A stretch of 64,000 bases of DNA, from the IMG/VR virus record IMGVR_UViG_3300020047_008750; one strand, written 5' to 3'. Below, piece after piece: positions 48,789 to 61,140 of the stretch. The DNA is from an uncultured virus (IMG/VR IMGVR_UViG_3300020047_008750). Taxonomy: Duplodnaviria > Heunggongvirae > Uroviricota > Caudoviricetes. How positions within the stretch are numbered: the stretch's first letter is position 1; each line of letters opens with the position of its first letter. A model generated the notes under the pieces. That model saw only the letters and a program-made list of their open reading frames with translations, made no database searches and was not told where the DNA came from. Made by a program: the position numbers and the translations under genes.

Positions 48789-49522
48789 AGCAGAAACGCT
48801 TCATAGTATAGTATAGTATAGTATAGTATAGTATAGGATAGACAGAAACTTCGGGGGCGGACGGATTGCATTCATATAGATAGAATATCATATGTAAAAA
48901 TGAAAGTCAAAACTTTGTCAATAATTTATATTTTTCTTTTTTTTTGTTTCAGGAATAATGTTTCTGCGATTGCTGAAAGGAACTTGCAAATAATCCCCTG
49001 TATGTAGTTGGTGCAATCGCAAGTTCCGCCAATTACATATAGGGATTTATTTTTTTATGAAGAAGAAATCTTCACTGTATTGAACGCCAACCTATAAAAG
49101 TTGGGTTTCTATGAATCAGAGGTGCAACAATAAGAATAATCCTGTTTTTCCGAATTATTGATGAAGGTGAATCACTATCTGTGACGAATGGAAAGATTTT
49201 CTTCAATTTTATCGAGATATGTGAGAGCGTCCTTTTTGATGTTCAATCGACAGAATCGACAATAATTGAAATTATAATCCGAAAAATTGTAAATGGTCCA
49301 CAAGGAAAGAGCAGCAGAACAATAGATCGGTCAGTGTAAAATGTTTTTTCAGGTGAACTGTCTATTCAGTCGCTGAATTTTCTGATATATGCTGAATCTA
49401 CAAATCAACTGTCAGATATAGAATTTGGGATTGAATGAGTTGTGAAGAAATATTTGAATACGCGCAAAATTTATTGAGCAGAAGAATCAACAATGAAAAA
49501 TAATCTTTCAGCGGTGTCAAAT
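48789..49522 (+). repeat. ~730 bp direct repeat, copy 2, with (TATAG)6
   Basis: Matches 11608-12336. Confidence 0.95.
49057..49503 (+). CDS. HNH-type endonuclease (YGGRGI family), near-identical copy
   Basis: Same sequence as 11871-12317 apart from one noticed substitution near the end. Confidence 0.9.
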
Positions 49523-49622
49523 NNNNNNNNNNNNNNNNNNNNNNNNNNNNNNNNNNNNNNNNNNNNNNNNNNNNNNNNNNNNNNNNNNNNNNNNNNNNNN
49601 NNNNNNNNNNNNNNNNNNNNNN
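49523..49622. other. 100-N scaffold gap flanked by a ~120 bp duplicated overlap
   Basis: 49623-49743 repeats 49402-49522. Confidence 0.95.
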
Positions 49623-49896
49623 AAATCAACTGTCAGATATAGAATTTGGGATTGAATGAGTTGTGAAGAAATATTTGAATACGCGCAAAATTTATTGAGA
49701 AGAAGAATCAACAATGAAAAATAATCTTTCATCGGTGTCAAATGTTTTTGCAACAGTTTGCAACAGTTTGTAAACCGCTTCGGGAAGCGATTTCACAAAA
49801 AATCACTGAAAAAAACAGATGTTTTCTATTGAAAATAGTTGCAATGAAATGCAAATTGAATATAGTTCTTTTGTTCTATTTCTTCACCTTTCAAAA

Positions 49897-49989
49897 ATGG
49901 GTTTCTATCTATCAATTTGGATCGCGTCAAAAATCACGCGAAAAGTCACACCGTTTCTGTTCCGTCATATCGACTTCAGACATTCATAA
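49897..49989 (+). CDS. Conserved 30-aa peptide
   Basis: Homolog of 12607-12705. Confidence 0.6.
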   Translation: MGFYLSIWIASKITRKVTPFLFRHIDFRHS

Positions 49990-50215
49990 TCTCTTTTATG
50001 ACAATTCAAGAATCATTTCAAAAAACAAAATCAGAATTCGCTGAAATGTGAATTGATCTGAAATATTGGTTCGGTTCAGATCCTTGATACTATTACGAAC
50101 CGACAATTGTCATATTTTGACGCGATATATTTTGAAATATTGATCACGAACACGACACTGTTCAATTCATCATTCATCATATTCAATAAATTTTTTATTC
50201 TTTACCCTTTTTTTT

Positions 50216-51382
50216 ATGATACAGATCAAAAACTTTGTTCCGCTTGATCACAAAGTGAAAGCTGTCATTTACGGTGCGTCAGGTGCTTGAAAGACTGTGT
50301 TCGGTGCAACAGCACCAAAACCGATTTTTGCTTCAGCTGAAGGCGGTCTTCTTTCCGTCGCTGACAAAAACATTCAGTTCGTTGAAATCAAATCATTGAA
50401 GGACCTTCAGGAACTTCTGATCTATTTGAAAAACGAAAAGCATGACTTCGAAACAGTGGTGATTGATTCGATCACTGAAATCAATGACATTATCAAAATG
50501 GATATCGAGAGACGAACAGGCAAGTGAATGCAACTTCAAGACTGGTGAGAACTCGCGAAGAAAATCAAAGCAATCCTTCGATGATTCCGTGATCTCGACA
50601 TGCATGTCATTTTTCTCGCACAGGAAGTTTCCGAATCTGATGAAGGTGTCGTCACAAAGATTGTTCCTTCTCTGAATGGAAAAGCAGCAACAGAAATCGC
50701 GTATTTCATGGATAATGTCTGATATCTGATGATCGACAAGACAGGCGAAAGAAAGCTTCTGACACAACCGAACGCGAAACTTCTCACGAAAGACAGAAGC
50801 GGATTGATCTGAAATGACTGTCCTGTCGATTTCTCTGAATGGGTGAATCGCGTCAAGCAAATCAAAACAGGGACGCAGACTGTCAGCGTAGACTTCGAAG
50901 CAGCAATTGACGAAAAGACATGAAACGAACTTCCGCAACCGAAGAAAACAGAACCGATGATCACTGCAGGAACTGGTTCAAAGCTTTTTGAAGTCTGGTC
51001 TGAAATGTGGGACCTGTCGATTGAAATGTTTCCTGATGAACTCGATTCAAAAGGTTCGAAAAAATACACACTGGAAAAATCAGAGCAAACACGCGTCTTC
51101 ACTATACACAAGAAGTTCAATGTCGATTCTTCAACAAAGCTGACAGAAGCGCAGTGACTCGAGTTCATTGAATCATGCAAGAACAGGATTGCAGAAATCA
51201 AGAAGATTCAGGACCTGAAAAAAGAAACTTCAAATGATCCTGAACCTGAACCTGAACCCGAAGAAGTTCAAACAGAAGTTCCGAAGAAGAAATCAAAGAA
51301 GGATCTTGAACCTGAAACAATTCCTGAACCTGTTGAAGAATCACCTGCAACAGAACCTGCAGAAAGAAAGTTCGGTGAATAA
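50216..51382 (+). CDS. Phage P-loop NTPase (AAA_24/Sak4-like)
   Basis: YGASGA[TGA]KT, VVIDSITE; homolog of 13025-14284. Confidence 0.85.
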
Positions 51383-51586
51383 AATGAATTCCGTCGAATT
51401 CGACGGAATACGCTTCGACACTGACAAAACAATCTATTTTTTATTTTTTTTACTATGTCACAGACAAAAACAAAATTCAAATCATTTTCTGAACTCGGAA
51501 CACACTTCTGACTTCCTTCGATAGAAAATCAATCGTCTGACAAAGGCGCGACAGAACCTTCACTTCAAAAATAATCTTTCAAAAAT

Positions 51587-52231
51587 ATGACTACAAAGAA
51601 AATTCTGTTCTTCGATACAGAGACGACAGGAAAGATCGTGAAATATGGTCCGATTCAGGATCAACCGCGAGTTGTTCAATTCGGTGCGATTGTCGGTGAA
51701 TATGAAATTGTTTCTGTTGATCCTGCATTCCCGAATGATGACAATTTCAAAATTATTGATGAAAAGACAATTGACCTTCTCTTCAATCCTTGAATTCCGA
51801 TTCCTGCAGAAGCAGCAAACATTCACGGTGTCACTGATGAAATGGTTGCTGACAAACCGCCTTTCTCTTCTTATAGACTCGATTTCATTCAACTGTGTCG
51901 CGAAGCTGATGTGATCGTCGCGCACAATATTGACTATGACATGAATGTTGTCTTTTGGGAACTGGACCGAATATATCCTTCAGATTCTGCGGAAAAGACA
52001 GAGTTCAAGAATATGTTTCGAAGCAAATCAGTCTGCACAATGCAATCAACAATTTCATTCTGCAAACTTCCGTGACACTTCTGAAAATTCAAATTCCCGA
52101 AACTGTCAGAACTTCATGTCAAACTTTTTTGAAAAGATTTTGACGGTGCGCACAATGCAGTCGCTGACATTGAAGCGACACGAAATTGCTTCTTCGAATT
52201 GAAGCGTATTTGAATCATAAATTCTCTATAG
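51587..52231 (+). CDS. DEDDh 3'-5' exonuclease
   Basis: FFDTETTG, AHNIDYD, AHNAVAD. Confidence 0.9.
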
Positions 52232-52739
52232 TATGAAAACAATCCTTTCTGAAAATGAAGTTGCATTTCTCTATTTCAAAGAGCATGAAGAAAGAACAAA
52301 TCTTGTCTGAACAATCAACAACTGAACGCTTCGAACAATCAACGAATCAAGCTTTCATTTCAGAATGTTCAAGGTCAAACATTTCTTTCTGAATCAATGG
52401 AAACGCTTTTTGAACTGGTCCGAAGAAAAGTTCTTTCCTGAACTCGCAAAACCGCGATTCGAAAGACATGAATTCACAAAAACACAGAGAACCGAAGAGA
52501 AACAGGAAGAGCGAAAATGATTCAAGTATATGCAACGAATTGTCTTCACTTCTTGATTCTATGAAGGTTTGCAGGGTGTTGTTCTCTGAAATCATTGCTT
52601 CTTTTGATGAAAATATGAAGTTCAAATCATCGTCAAATGAGAAGAAAAAATCGTTGAAGCGTTCTGATCAGACATGCAAATCATCGAAGACAAAAAGAAG
52701 TCTTCAAAATCATAATTTTATTTTTTTACTTTTTACACT

Positions 52740-53705
52740 ATGGACACCGCAAAACCTCTTCTTTCACCTGAACAAATCGCGAACTTCCCTGTGCAACATA
52801 TTTCAGCGTCAGCGATTCGATCATATTTGACTGATCGTCAGTCATTCTTCAAGCGATATGTTCGTTTGGAATTCGAAATGACAAAGGGACCGTCACTGAT
52901 TGAAGGTTCTCTGTTTCACTCGGTCCTCGAATTGTTTTGGTGAGAAAGCAAAGAAGGTCGTCAGAAGGAATTCAACATTGAAGCAGCGTTTCAGACTCGA
53001 TTGCAACAAGCAGAAATCGACGGTTCATTCGAAGGTGTGAAATGGTGAGCAACTGGATCAAAAGAAAAATCAATCGAGACTGTTCAAAAAGCACTCTGAT
53101 TCTATTTTGCAGAACTTCCGCAGTGGACGACAGAACAGATTGTCGCAATCGAAGCACGATTCTTGTCAGACTTCGAAGATCTCGAAGGCAATTCAATGCC
53201 GATTCCTTTGAAATGATTCACTGACTTGATTGTGAAGGAAGGTGACGACATAATCGTTGAAGATCACAAGCTTGTCAGCATATGCACACCGCAAGACGAA
53301 ATTGATCCGAAATATGAAATTCAAGCGTGTGAATATTGGTTCCTGATTCGAAAACAGTTCTGATTGAATCCGAAAAAGATGATCTTCAGACAGGTCAAGA
53401 AAAGCAAGAATCGTGACGGTGGTCCGCAGATTGTTCCCTATGTCGTCGAATACAATGCAGCAATGCTGAATCGCTTCCTTGAAATATATCGTCGAATGGT
53501 GAAAGAATTGTCAGGTCAACCGCTTATTGATGAAGCGACAGGCGTTGTTCAATTCCTTCCGAATCCATATGATATGTTGGTGGGGAAGGAAGGTTGGATT
53601 GACTTCTGTGATGAGATTGATAATATGAAAACATGGAATATCAAAGATATTTTAGCAAATAAACCGAATAAATTTGCTGATGATGTTGATGCTCTTGATT
53701 TATAA
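52740..53705 (+). CDS. PD-(D/E)XK (RecB-like) exonuclease, C-specific
   Basis: HISASAIRSY, GSLFHSVLE, LK[TGA]FTDLIV..IVEDHK, IQACEY. Confidence 0.8.
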
Positions 53706-53720
53706 TTTATCTATAATTTT

Positions 53721-54236
53721 ATGATATTGAAGCCGATCAGGGATTTTGAAAAACTCTATTGAGTTGATGAAAATAGTGAAGTCTATTCATTCAGAAGGAA
53801 GAAATTTTTGAAAAAATGGAAAAATGACAAGTGATATTTCATGGTGAAGCTTCAAGATGATTGCAGAAAAGTCACACGAAAAAATTGTCGAATTTGAGCT
53901 GAAGAATGGGTTGAGTGATACTTCGAAGGCGCTGAAGTGAATCATGAGGACTGAAACAAAGAAAATGATCATATTTCAAATTTGAAATGGGTGACAAAAT
54001 CACAAAATATTCAACACGCTTGGAATACATGATTGTTGAAGGTCACTGACAATTTGAGAAGACAAGCTTCAATCAATGGAAGAAATAGATGTCGCGAAAG
54101 AAGAATGTTTTCACCGCAACAGATCATTGAAATCAGAGCGATTGAATGAATGACATTGCGAGAAATTTGAGAGAAATACGGTACAGATCACACAGTTATC
54201 TGAAATATCAGAAGGTTCAAATCTTATAATGACTAA
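53721..54236 (+). CDS. NUMOD4-HNH endonuclease
   Basis: KPIRDFEKLY, K[TGA]YFMVKL, EVNHED[TGA]NKENDHISNLKWVTKSQNIQHA, C-terminal HTH. Confidence 0.85.
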
Positions 54237-54239
54237 AAT

Positions 54240-54635
54240 ATGATCATCATTTCAATTCCCGAAAAATGACGGTGTGTCTTCGCTGACAAAGACTATAAAA
54301 AAGGCGAGACAATCGAAATCTGCGAATATATCACCATTCCGCAAGCGCAGATCGAAATGCTGAAGAACACCGTCGTCAATGACTACTGGTTCGGACTCGA
54401 TTGAGATCAGTGAGACGCACAGCTTCTTCTTTGAACCTGAAGTCTCTTCAATCACTCTCGAGAACCGAACATGACGCCTATATTCGAAAAAGAGACTTTG
54501 CGCGTTGGTTTCGTGGCAATCAAGGACATTGAAGACGGTGACGAACTTGTCTTCGATTACTGATACACACCGCGATTCCGCGAACAGTGACCGTGCAAGA
54601 TTGTCAGGAAAATCAAACAATCCGAAATTTCATAA
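54240..54635 (+). CDS. SET-domain protein lysine methyltransferase (131 aa)
   Basis: K[TGA]RCVFADKDYKKGETIE, [TGA]SLFNHSREPN, FVAIKDIEDGDELVFDY[TGA]. Confidence 0.88.
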
Positions 54636-54646
54636 TCTTTTTTCTT

Positions 54647-55363
54647 ATGTGAGAAACACAAACAACACTTCCGATCCGCACTGAAGCAGAAGACATTCTG
54701 TTTGAGACGAACCGCCTTCGCGCTGAAAAGCTTGTCGAAGACTTGAACAACGGATTCTTTCAAGACATTGCAGCATGACTGCAGGAAGGTCAGAAGATGA
54801 CTTTTGAATTCGCTGACGGTTCGAAGCAAGTCGTCACACCGAATTGTTCGCACAGAATTTGACCTGAAGGCGTTGATTTCTTTGTCGATGAATGCTGACG
54901 ACAATGTTGCACAAACTGCAAACGCTCGATTGCAAAAATGAAAGTGACCTTCAACAACATTCATCTTGCGACAGCAATCAAGGCGTTCGAATACGCGGTC
55001 AAAAACAATGTTCAATATGTTCAGCTGAATGATATCGGATTGACGAAACAGGAATATGCGAACATGAACCGTCTTGTGAAGTTCGGTCTTGCCTTCAGGA
55101 ATGATGAAATCAAAATCAGGTGATCGAATATGTGAGTCTATGGAATACCGCGAAAGAGAATTTTTGATTTCATTCGTGGTCAGTGGACGGTTGCAAGTTT
55201 TTTCATTCAAGATCCTCTTCTTTCTGAAGGTGACGAATGAAGAAGAGAAATGTCAGAAAAGCGAATCACGATTGATCAGGTTCCGCATATATCAAAACTG
55301 CGCGAGACTTTTTGACATACGCTGACAGCTTATGAGTGGAATGAACAGGATTCTTTTGAATAG
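54647..55363 (+). CDS. Conserved hypothetical protein with CxxC
   Basis: Homolog of 16623-17375. Confidence 0.7.
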
Positions 55364-55457
55364 TTTGTCAACATAAAATCAATTGCGAACAGTTGCAATT
55401 CAATGCAAACAGAATATAACAGTTGTGCGTCATTCTTTATTTTTTTACACTTCATTT

Positions 55458-55907
55458 ATGGAAACGCTTTTTTCTTCCGCTGTCGTCGCAGTCTCTGTTG
55501 TGTCACTTTGGACTTTCCTTTCAGCAATATATGTTTTCCGAAACAGACATATTGCGAAGAAGATCAGAACCGAACTTGAAAAAGAGTTCAAAGAGAAAAC
55601 AGACAATTCACTTCGAGAGATTCAGAAACAGAAAGTTGATTTCGAAAAAAGATACAATGAACTGACGCAGGAATTGAAAGACAAAATCATTGAAGTTGAA
55701 AAGACGAATGAAAATGTCAAAACATTGCAAAACAAGCATGTCGAATCGTGAGCAGCACAAGCAATCGTTGAACTCTGGTCTGAACTCTGAAAATTCATTT
55801 CAAAGAATTATAAGTCAGAGCAAAACAAACAAAAATATTTCGCAATGATCAATCACTTCAGAACTTATCTTCTCGAGAAAGCAAAAAAAGCGAACTCGAA
55901 AAAATAA
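55458..55907 (+). CDS. Single-TM coiled-coil protein
   Basis: Positional homolog of 17456-17899. Confidence 0.6.
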
Positions 55908-55933
55908 TATTTTATTTCAATAAATTTTTCACA

Positions 55934-56140
55934 ATGAGCAATCAAGAAATGCTTTTCACAGTCAAAGAAGTTGCAGATCGCAAGCTTCTCGGATATGGTC
56001 AGCGGACGATTCGTCAGCTTATCAAAGACAAAAAAATCAGGACCGTCGATCTTTCTGAAAATGATTCTTCTCGAGAGAGAAAAACGATTCGAATTCCCGA
56101 ATCAGCAATTCAAGAATTCCTTGAAACAAAGAAATCATAA
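55934..56140 (+). CDS. Excisionase/MerR-like HTH protein
   Basis: Homolog of 17922-18119. Confidence 0.8.
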   Translation: MSNQEMLFTVKEVADRKLLGYGQRTIRQLIKDKKIRTVDLSENDSSRERKTIRIPESAIQEFLETKKS

Positions 56141-56167
56141 TCAGTCTATTTCATAACACTGCAAGAC

Positions 56168-56899
56168 ATGGCACGCCCTCGAAAAAACAATGCGGACTGG
56201 TTTTCGCATGATACTGATCTGCGCGACAATTTGAAAATCAAGGCGGTTCGCGCGAAGTACGGACTTGAAGGATATGCAATTTTTGTCATGCTTCTCGAAG
56301 TTCTTGCTGACGCGGAAAACTTCATTCTTGAAGAAAACGATTTTCAGGTTGAAATGCTTGCAGGTGACTTCAGAATTGATTCTGCAGTTCTCGCTGAAAT
56401 GATTGATTATATAGTCAATATCGGACTGCTTCAAAGGGAAAACTGATCCCTGTTCAGCAGACACTTGATCGAGAGAATGGAAGCACTCTTGAACAAGCGA
56501 AACAATATGCGTTCAGTCTATCACAAGAAAGTTCCTGTCGCAGAAACACCTGTTTCTGAAGCAGAAATCATTCAGAAACTCGAACCGAAAGAAGAAAAGA
56601 TGTCTGATGAAGACTTCGAATCTTTTTGGAAAGAGTACCCTGTGAAGGAAGAGAAAAAGAAATCTCGCGAGAAGTTTTTGAAACTTCCGAAGGCACTGCT
56701 TCCGACAATTATTCAGTCTATAGCGCTGAACAAAACACAAAATGAAAAGTGGTTGAAGGGTTTTATCAAACAGCCGACGACATGGATCAACGGTGAATGT
56801 TGGAATGACGAAATTGCTTCTTTTTTACCCTCTAAAAATTCCGCAAATGGTCAACAAGGAAAAGTCAGCACAGACTGACACGCAGATCTTGAAGTGTAG
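56168..56899 (+). CDS. Replication initiator (DUF4373-like)
   Basis: Homolog of 18147-18875, with conserved [TGA]HAD..V-stop end. Confidence 0.8.
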
Positions 56900-57632
56900 T
56901 CATTGCGACGATACAGGAAGGACGCAGAATGAAGTTGTCATTCACCCTTTCTGATTCACGAAATGATTCTGCAGCTGCGAGAAATGAGATTCAGCATTCA
57001 TGAAGTGGAAGAATGAACCTGCACAGATTCAGAAGGTTCGAGAGTTCAAACAGAAACGAATCGAAATCCTTCTTGAAAAATCAAATGTCTGAAACAAGTT
57101 TCGAAGCAAGCGGATCAAAGATCTCTCGGATATTCCCGAACTGGAAAAACTCTGTCGATCCTATGTTGACGGATTCAAGACACACAAAGAAAAAGGTTGG
57201 TGACTATACTTCTGGTGAAACATAGGATCAGGAAAGACACACAGCGCAACAGCGGTCTGCAATGAATTGATTGAAGCGCATTCAACAGAAATCTTGTTCG
57301 TGAATATGTCAGATGTTTCGAACCGCGTCAGAAGCAGTTTCGATTCTGCATGAAACGATTCAGAACTGTTTCAGGACATGAAGAAGGTTGAACTGCTTGT
57401 CATTGATGACATAGGCGTCGAGAAGGTCACAGAATGGTTGTCAGAACAGTTGTTTCTTGTCGTCAATTACCGATATGAAAACAATCTTCCGATAATTATC
57501 ACAAGCAATCAATCAATTCAGGATCTCGCGAAGATACACAAACCGCAGATCGCGTCGCGTCTCGATGAAATGTGCAAGTCAGTCAGGTTCAAAGGTGAAG
57601 ACAGGCGAGTCGACAGGCGTCCGCGTTTCTAA
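56847..57632 (+). CDS. DnaC-like helicase loader
   Basis: [TGA]NIGSGKTH, LLVIDDIG. Confidence 0.9.
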
Positions 57633-57774
57633 AATTATTTATTTTTTACCTTTTTACACTATGAAAGAAACATTCGAAAAATGTTCAATGTTGCCTTTGA
57701 AAAAGGGTGTCAGTATGAAATTTTGTTTGGTCTTATAAATAGTCACTATTTTTTATTTTTTTATTTTTTTTATT

Positions 57775-58233
57775 ATGTCAAACAGCTTGAACAAGGTTCA
57801 GTTGATCGGGAATGTCACAGCTGATCCTGTCGTCAGAAAAATCGGTGAATCTCGCACCGTCGCAAACTTCAGCATTGCGACAAATCGGACATGGAAGGAT
57901 TCGGACGGAAAGAAACAAGATGTCGCTGAATTTCACAATATTGTGATCTGGTGAAAGCTTGCTGAAATCGTCGAAAAGTATGTCACGAAATGAAAAAAGA
58001 TCTATGTTGAAGGACGCCTTCAATCGAGTTCGTGGGAAGATGAACAAGGCGTCAAGCGATACAAGACAGAGATCGTCGCAGATCAGATGATTCTTCTTTC
58101 AGGTGGTGAAAAGAAGTCTGACAACAGCGACGGAATGATTCAAGAGGATCCTGAAGACACAGAGATTGTCACAAAGGAAGAGAAGAAGAAATATTCAGAA
58201 TCAAGTGTTGACATACTTGATGTTCCATTCTAA
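57775..58233 (+). CDS. ssb: Single-stranded DNA-binding protein
   Basis: LNKVQLIGNV, YVEGRL, DVPF tail. Confidence 0.95.
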
Positions 58234-58257
58234 TATATAAAATATAATCTTTCAAAT

Positions 58258-58848
58258 ATGAAAAAATTCCCTTGCTCGCAAACCGCGTCAAACCGTTCAT
58301 TCATCGCACTTGATGAAGCCATTTTCTTGATTCTCTTGACGGTGGCTGTTGTATATATTGCAATCCCGATGTTCGATTTCAGCAATCAGAAAATTGAAAC
58401 ACCTGAAACAGAAAAGATTCAGCTGATTTCAAAACCTGCTTGCATAAATATTCAATACAGCGAAACAACAATCCTGCGTCAAAAGTCATGGCGCGACAAG
58501 CGATTTCTTGAAAATGTTCATGTTCAACATGCCTATGAAATCTCTGAAGGCGACATGAATTTCGTGTTGACTGTCGAAGCTGAATCAAAGTTCGATCCGC
58601 AAGCAGTCGGTGACAATGGAAACAGTCGATGATTCTGTCAATGGCACTATAAATGGCACAAGGAAACGCGGAACAATCCGAACTTCAACGATCCTGTTTG
58701 GCAAATGGAAGAATGCTTCAAATACTACACACAAGTTTTGAACAACGGAACAATCAATTCGCGTCTGTACTGATACAAAGTCAGAAATCTGATGAAGGAT
58801 CGCTTCATATTCAAAGCAGAAGAAAAAACACTTCAAATCTGCGAATAA
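58258..58848 (+). CDS. Membrane-anchored lytic transglycosylase (SLT-like)
   Basis: TM plus ESKFDPQAVGDNGNSR[TGA]FCQ. Confidence 0.7.
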
Positions 58849-58858
58849 TCTTCTTTCT

Positions 58859-59296
58859 ATGAAAAAAAAATCACCTCTCGAAGATGTCGAATCGACACTG
58901 TTCACTTCATGGCTGCGCTGAAACAATCTTCTGAATGGTCATGTTCCGAATGAAACACCGACAAAACGAAAGATTGTCACACCTGAATGAAAAACCTTGT
59001 GGGTTGGTTGACACAAGCGAAACATGCGAAATCGCGCGGTGTGAGTCACAAAATGAATCCCTGATCACTTCTGCTTCATTCCTGCTGATCGTTGCACTGA
59101 AGGTCGTCAGGTGTGTCTTGTTGTCGAAATGAAACGCGAAGACGGTGTTCCTTCCGATGTCAGCGAAGAGCAAGAAGAATGGCTTCAAGCTTTCAATTCT
59201 GTGAAAGATGTCGAATCATTCGTCGCATTCGGTGCGAAGCAAGCAATTCTTTTTGTCTCGCAATACCTGATCAATCCGAAAAAATACGATTTTTAG
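58859..59296 (+). CDS. VRR-NUC nuclease
   Basis: Homolog of 22636-23076. Confidence 0.85.
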
Positions 59297-60528
59297 TCTT
59301 TTATTTTTACACTATGAAACAAAAATCTTGTCACCTTCAGCGTCGTTTTTCATGAATGCACGATGACTGCATATATTACACAAACGAATGCAGCTGCTGA
59401 CGGTCCTTCACAGACTGGTTTGCAGACAGATCAGAAATGCTTTTCGAAACACACCTGAAAGCGAATTTCTATCCTACAGTTTCGGAACTGAAAGAAAAAT
59501 GATTCCGCGAAGACGGTCTTTCGAACTTCAAAAGAAATGTCGCACGGAAAAATCTTCGATACAGAAACGATATATGACTTTTGGAATACAATCGCAATCA
59601 CTACATTGCTTTTGAATCAAAGGAACAATTTGAATACTTCTTCCTGCACCTGAAAGAAAGTCTTGCACCGTTCGACGCTCTCGATCTCAAAAATAATTCA
59701 TAATCTTTTTTCTTATGGTCAAAATCGAAAAACAATTCCTTGCGCGTGAAATGCAGTGACTTCTTTGAAATGTCATGTCACTGAAAGGCGACAGCACTGA
59801 TGATCTTGTCGAAATTCTCGAAAAGATGAAAGTCGTCACGGAAAAGATCGAAGAAGATCTATACTATCATTCAGCACCGTTTCACAAACAGGAAAGAAAC
59901 TATCAGTTCCGATTCATAAAATAGCACTATAATGAAGTCATTATTTCATAATTTTCCGCAACATGAAAAAGACGCTTCAACAGAAGAAACGCAATTCGCG
60001 TTCTCTCTGGGAAAAACAGAACCGAATCTTTGAAAATAGGTTCAAGCGAAATGAAAAACTTCACAAGAAGAACCTGAAACGCCTTGCACTTTGCTTCCTT
60101 GTCTTCCTTCTGGTTCCTGTCATGATCACAATCGTCGCTTTTATCTTTTATCAACTCTAAAATGAAAAACCTTTCTGCAAGGTGTCGCGGTGATCCTGTC
60201 AGTGAATGGCGCCTGTTCAACTCTCTATTCCGTCAGCAATGTAAAAATTCGCCTATATGGTCACTTCAAAATGAAACACAAAAACAAAACCGAAAGACTG
60301 GAAGCAAGAGAATGCAAACATTTTCTTCATAGGTAGGAAAGAAGTTCCTTGATTCAACTTCCCTTTGCTCGAAGGAAAGATAATCAAAGACAACCTTGAT
60401 TGAACCTTCACTGTTCGTGTCTTCTGCAAAACAAAGTGAGCGCCTGCGAATCCGATGACTCTGTCAATCGAATCGAACCGTCTCTGTCGTGGCAAGTCAT
60501 AACTCTATTATTTTTTTTCCTTTCTCTT

Positions 60529-60978
60529 ATGAAAACAATCAGCGCAACAAATCAGACAATGCAATATTTGTATTCAATCGCACTCGACGCGAATGTCGAA
60601 ACAATCGTGAAACTTCGAACGGTCCGTGCTATACTTCAGAAGTCATTCCCTGTTGTGAATGCCTATGAACTCGAGAAGAAGCAACCTATGGAACAAGTCA
60701 GAGCAATCGAGAAACAAATAGACAGCATTGTTCAGCTTGGAAAGCAAGACGCACAAGCAGATCAAATGAAACAGCTTCAGGAATCTCGAACAAAGATCCT
60801 TGATGAAGTCATTGCAACCTTCGCGAATGCTGAAGTCACTCTTGAACTCGAAGAATCAGAAATTGCTTTCCTTCTCAATGAACTGACTGAAGTTCTTGCA
60901 GAAGCAAAACGATTGAAGACTTCTGAAGAAATGGTGTATTTCGACAACCTATTCACAGCACTCGAAAACGCTGCATAA
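60529..60978 (+). CDS. Conserved helical hypothetical protein
   Basis: Homolog of 24475-24924. Confidence 0.65.
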   Translation: MKTISATNQTMQYLYSIALDANVETIVKLRTVRAILQKSFPVVNAYELEKKQPMEQVRAIEKQIDSIVQLGKQDAQADQMKQLQESRTKILDEVIATFANAEVTLELEESEIAFLLNELTEVLAEAKRLKTSEEMVYFDNLFTALENAA

Positions 60979-60983
60979 TTCTG

Positions 60984-61070
60984 TTGACGAATTTTTCTTT
61001 CGTCATAGACTGCTTTTCGTCTTGCAGTGTAAAAAGACAACAGAAAGAGAATCCTTCGGGGTTCTCTTTT
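60984..61070 (+). ncRNA. Candidate small RNA, second copy
   Basis: TTGACG..TAGACT, GTCTTGCAGTGTAAAAAGACAA, AAGAGAATCC-TTCG-GGGTTCTCTTTTT. Confidence 0.45.
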
Positions 61071-61140
61071 TGCATTGTTGCAATCTGTGGATTTCTGAAT
61101 ATATTTATTGCAATTATTGCGTGGTCATTCATACACTTTT

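Noticed and set aside
49402..49753. Biological ~120 bp tandem duplication and ORF 49517-49753
   Set aside because: Copies flank a 100-N gap and look like an unmerged contig overlap; the two pre-gap mismatches lie at the contig end
2359..55210. Long minus-strand ORFs such as 2359-2928, 39621-40169, 50536-51201 and 54557-55210
   Set aside because: Shadows of well-supported plus-strand genes with no recognisable motifs
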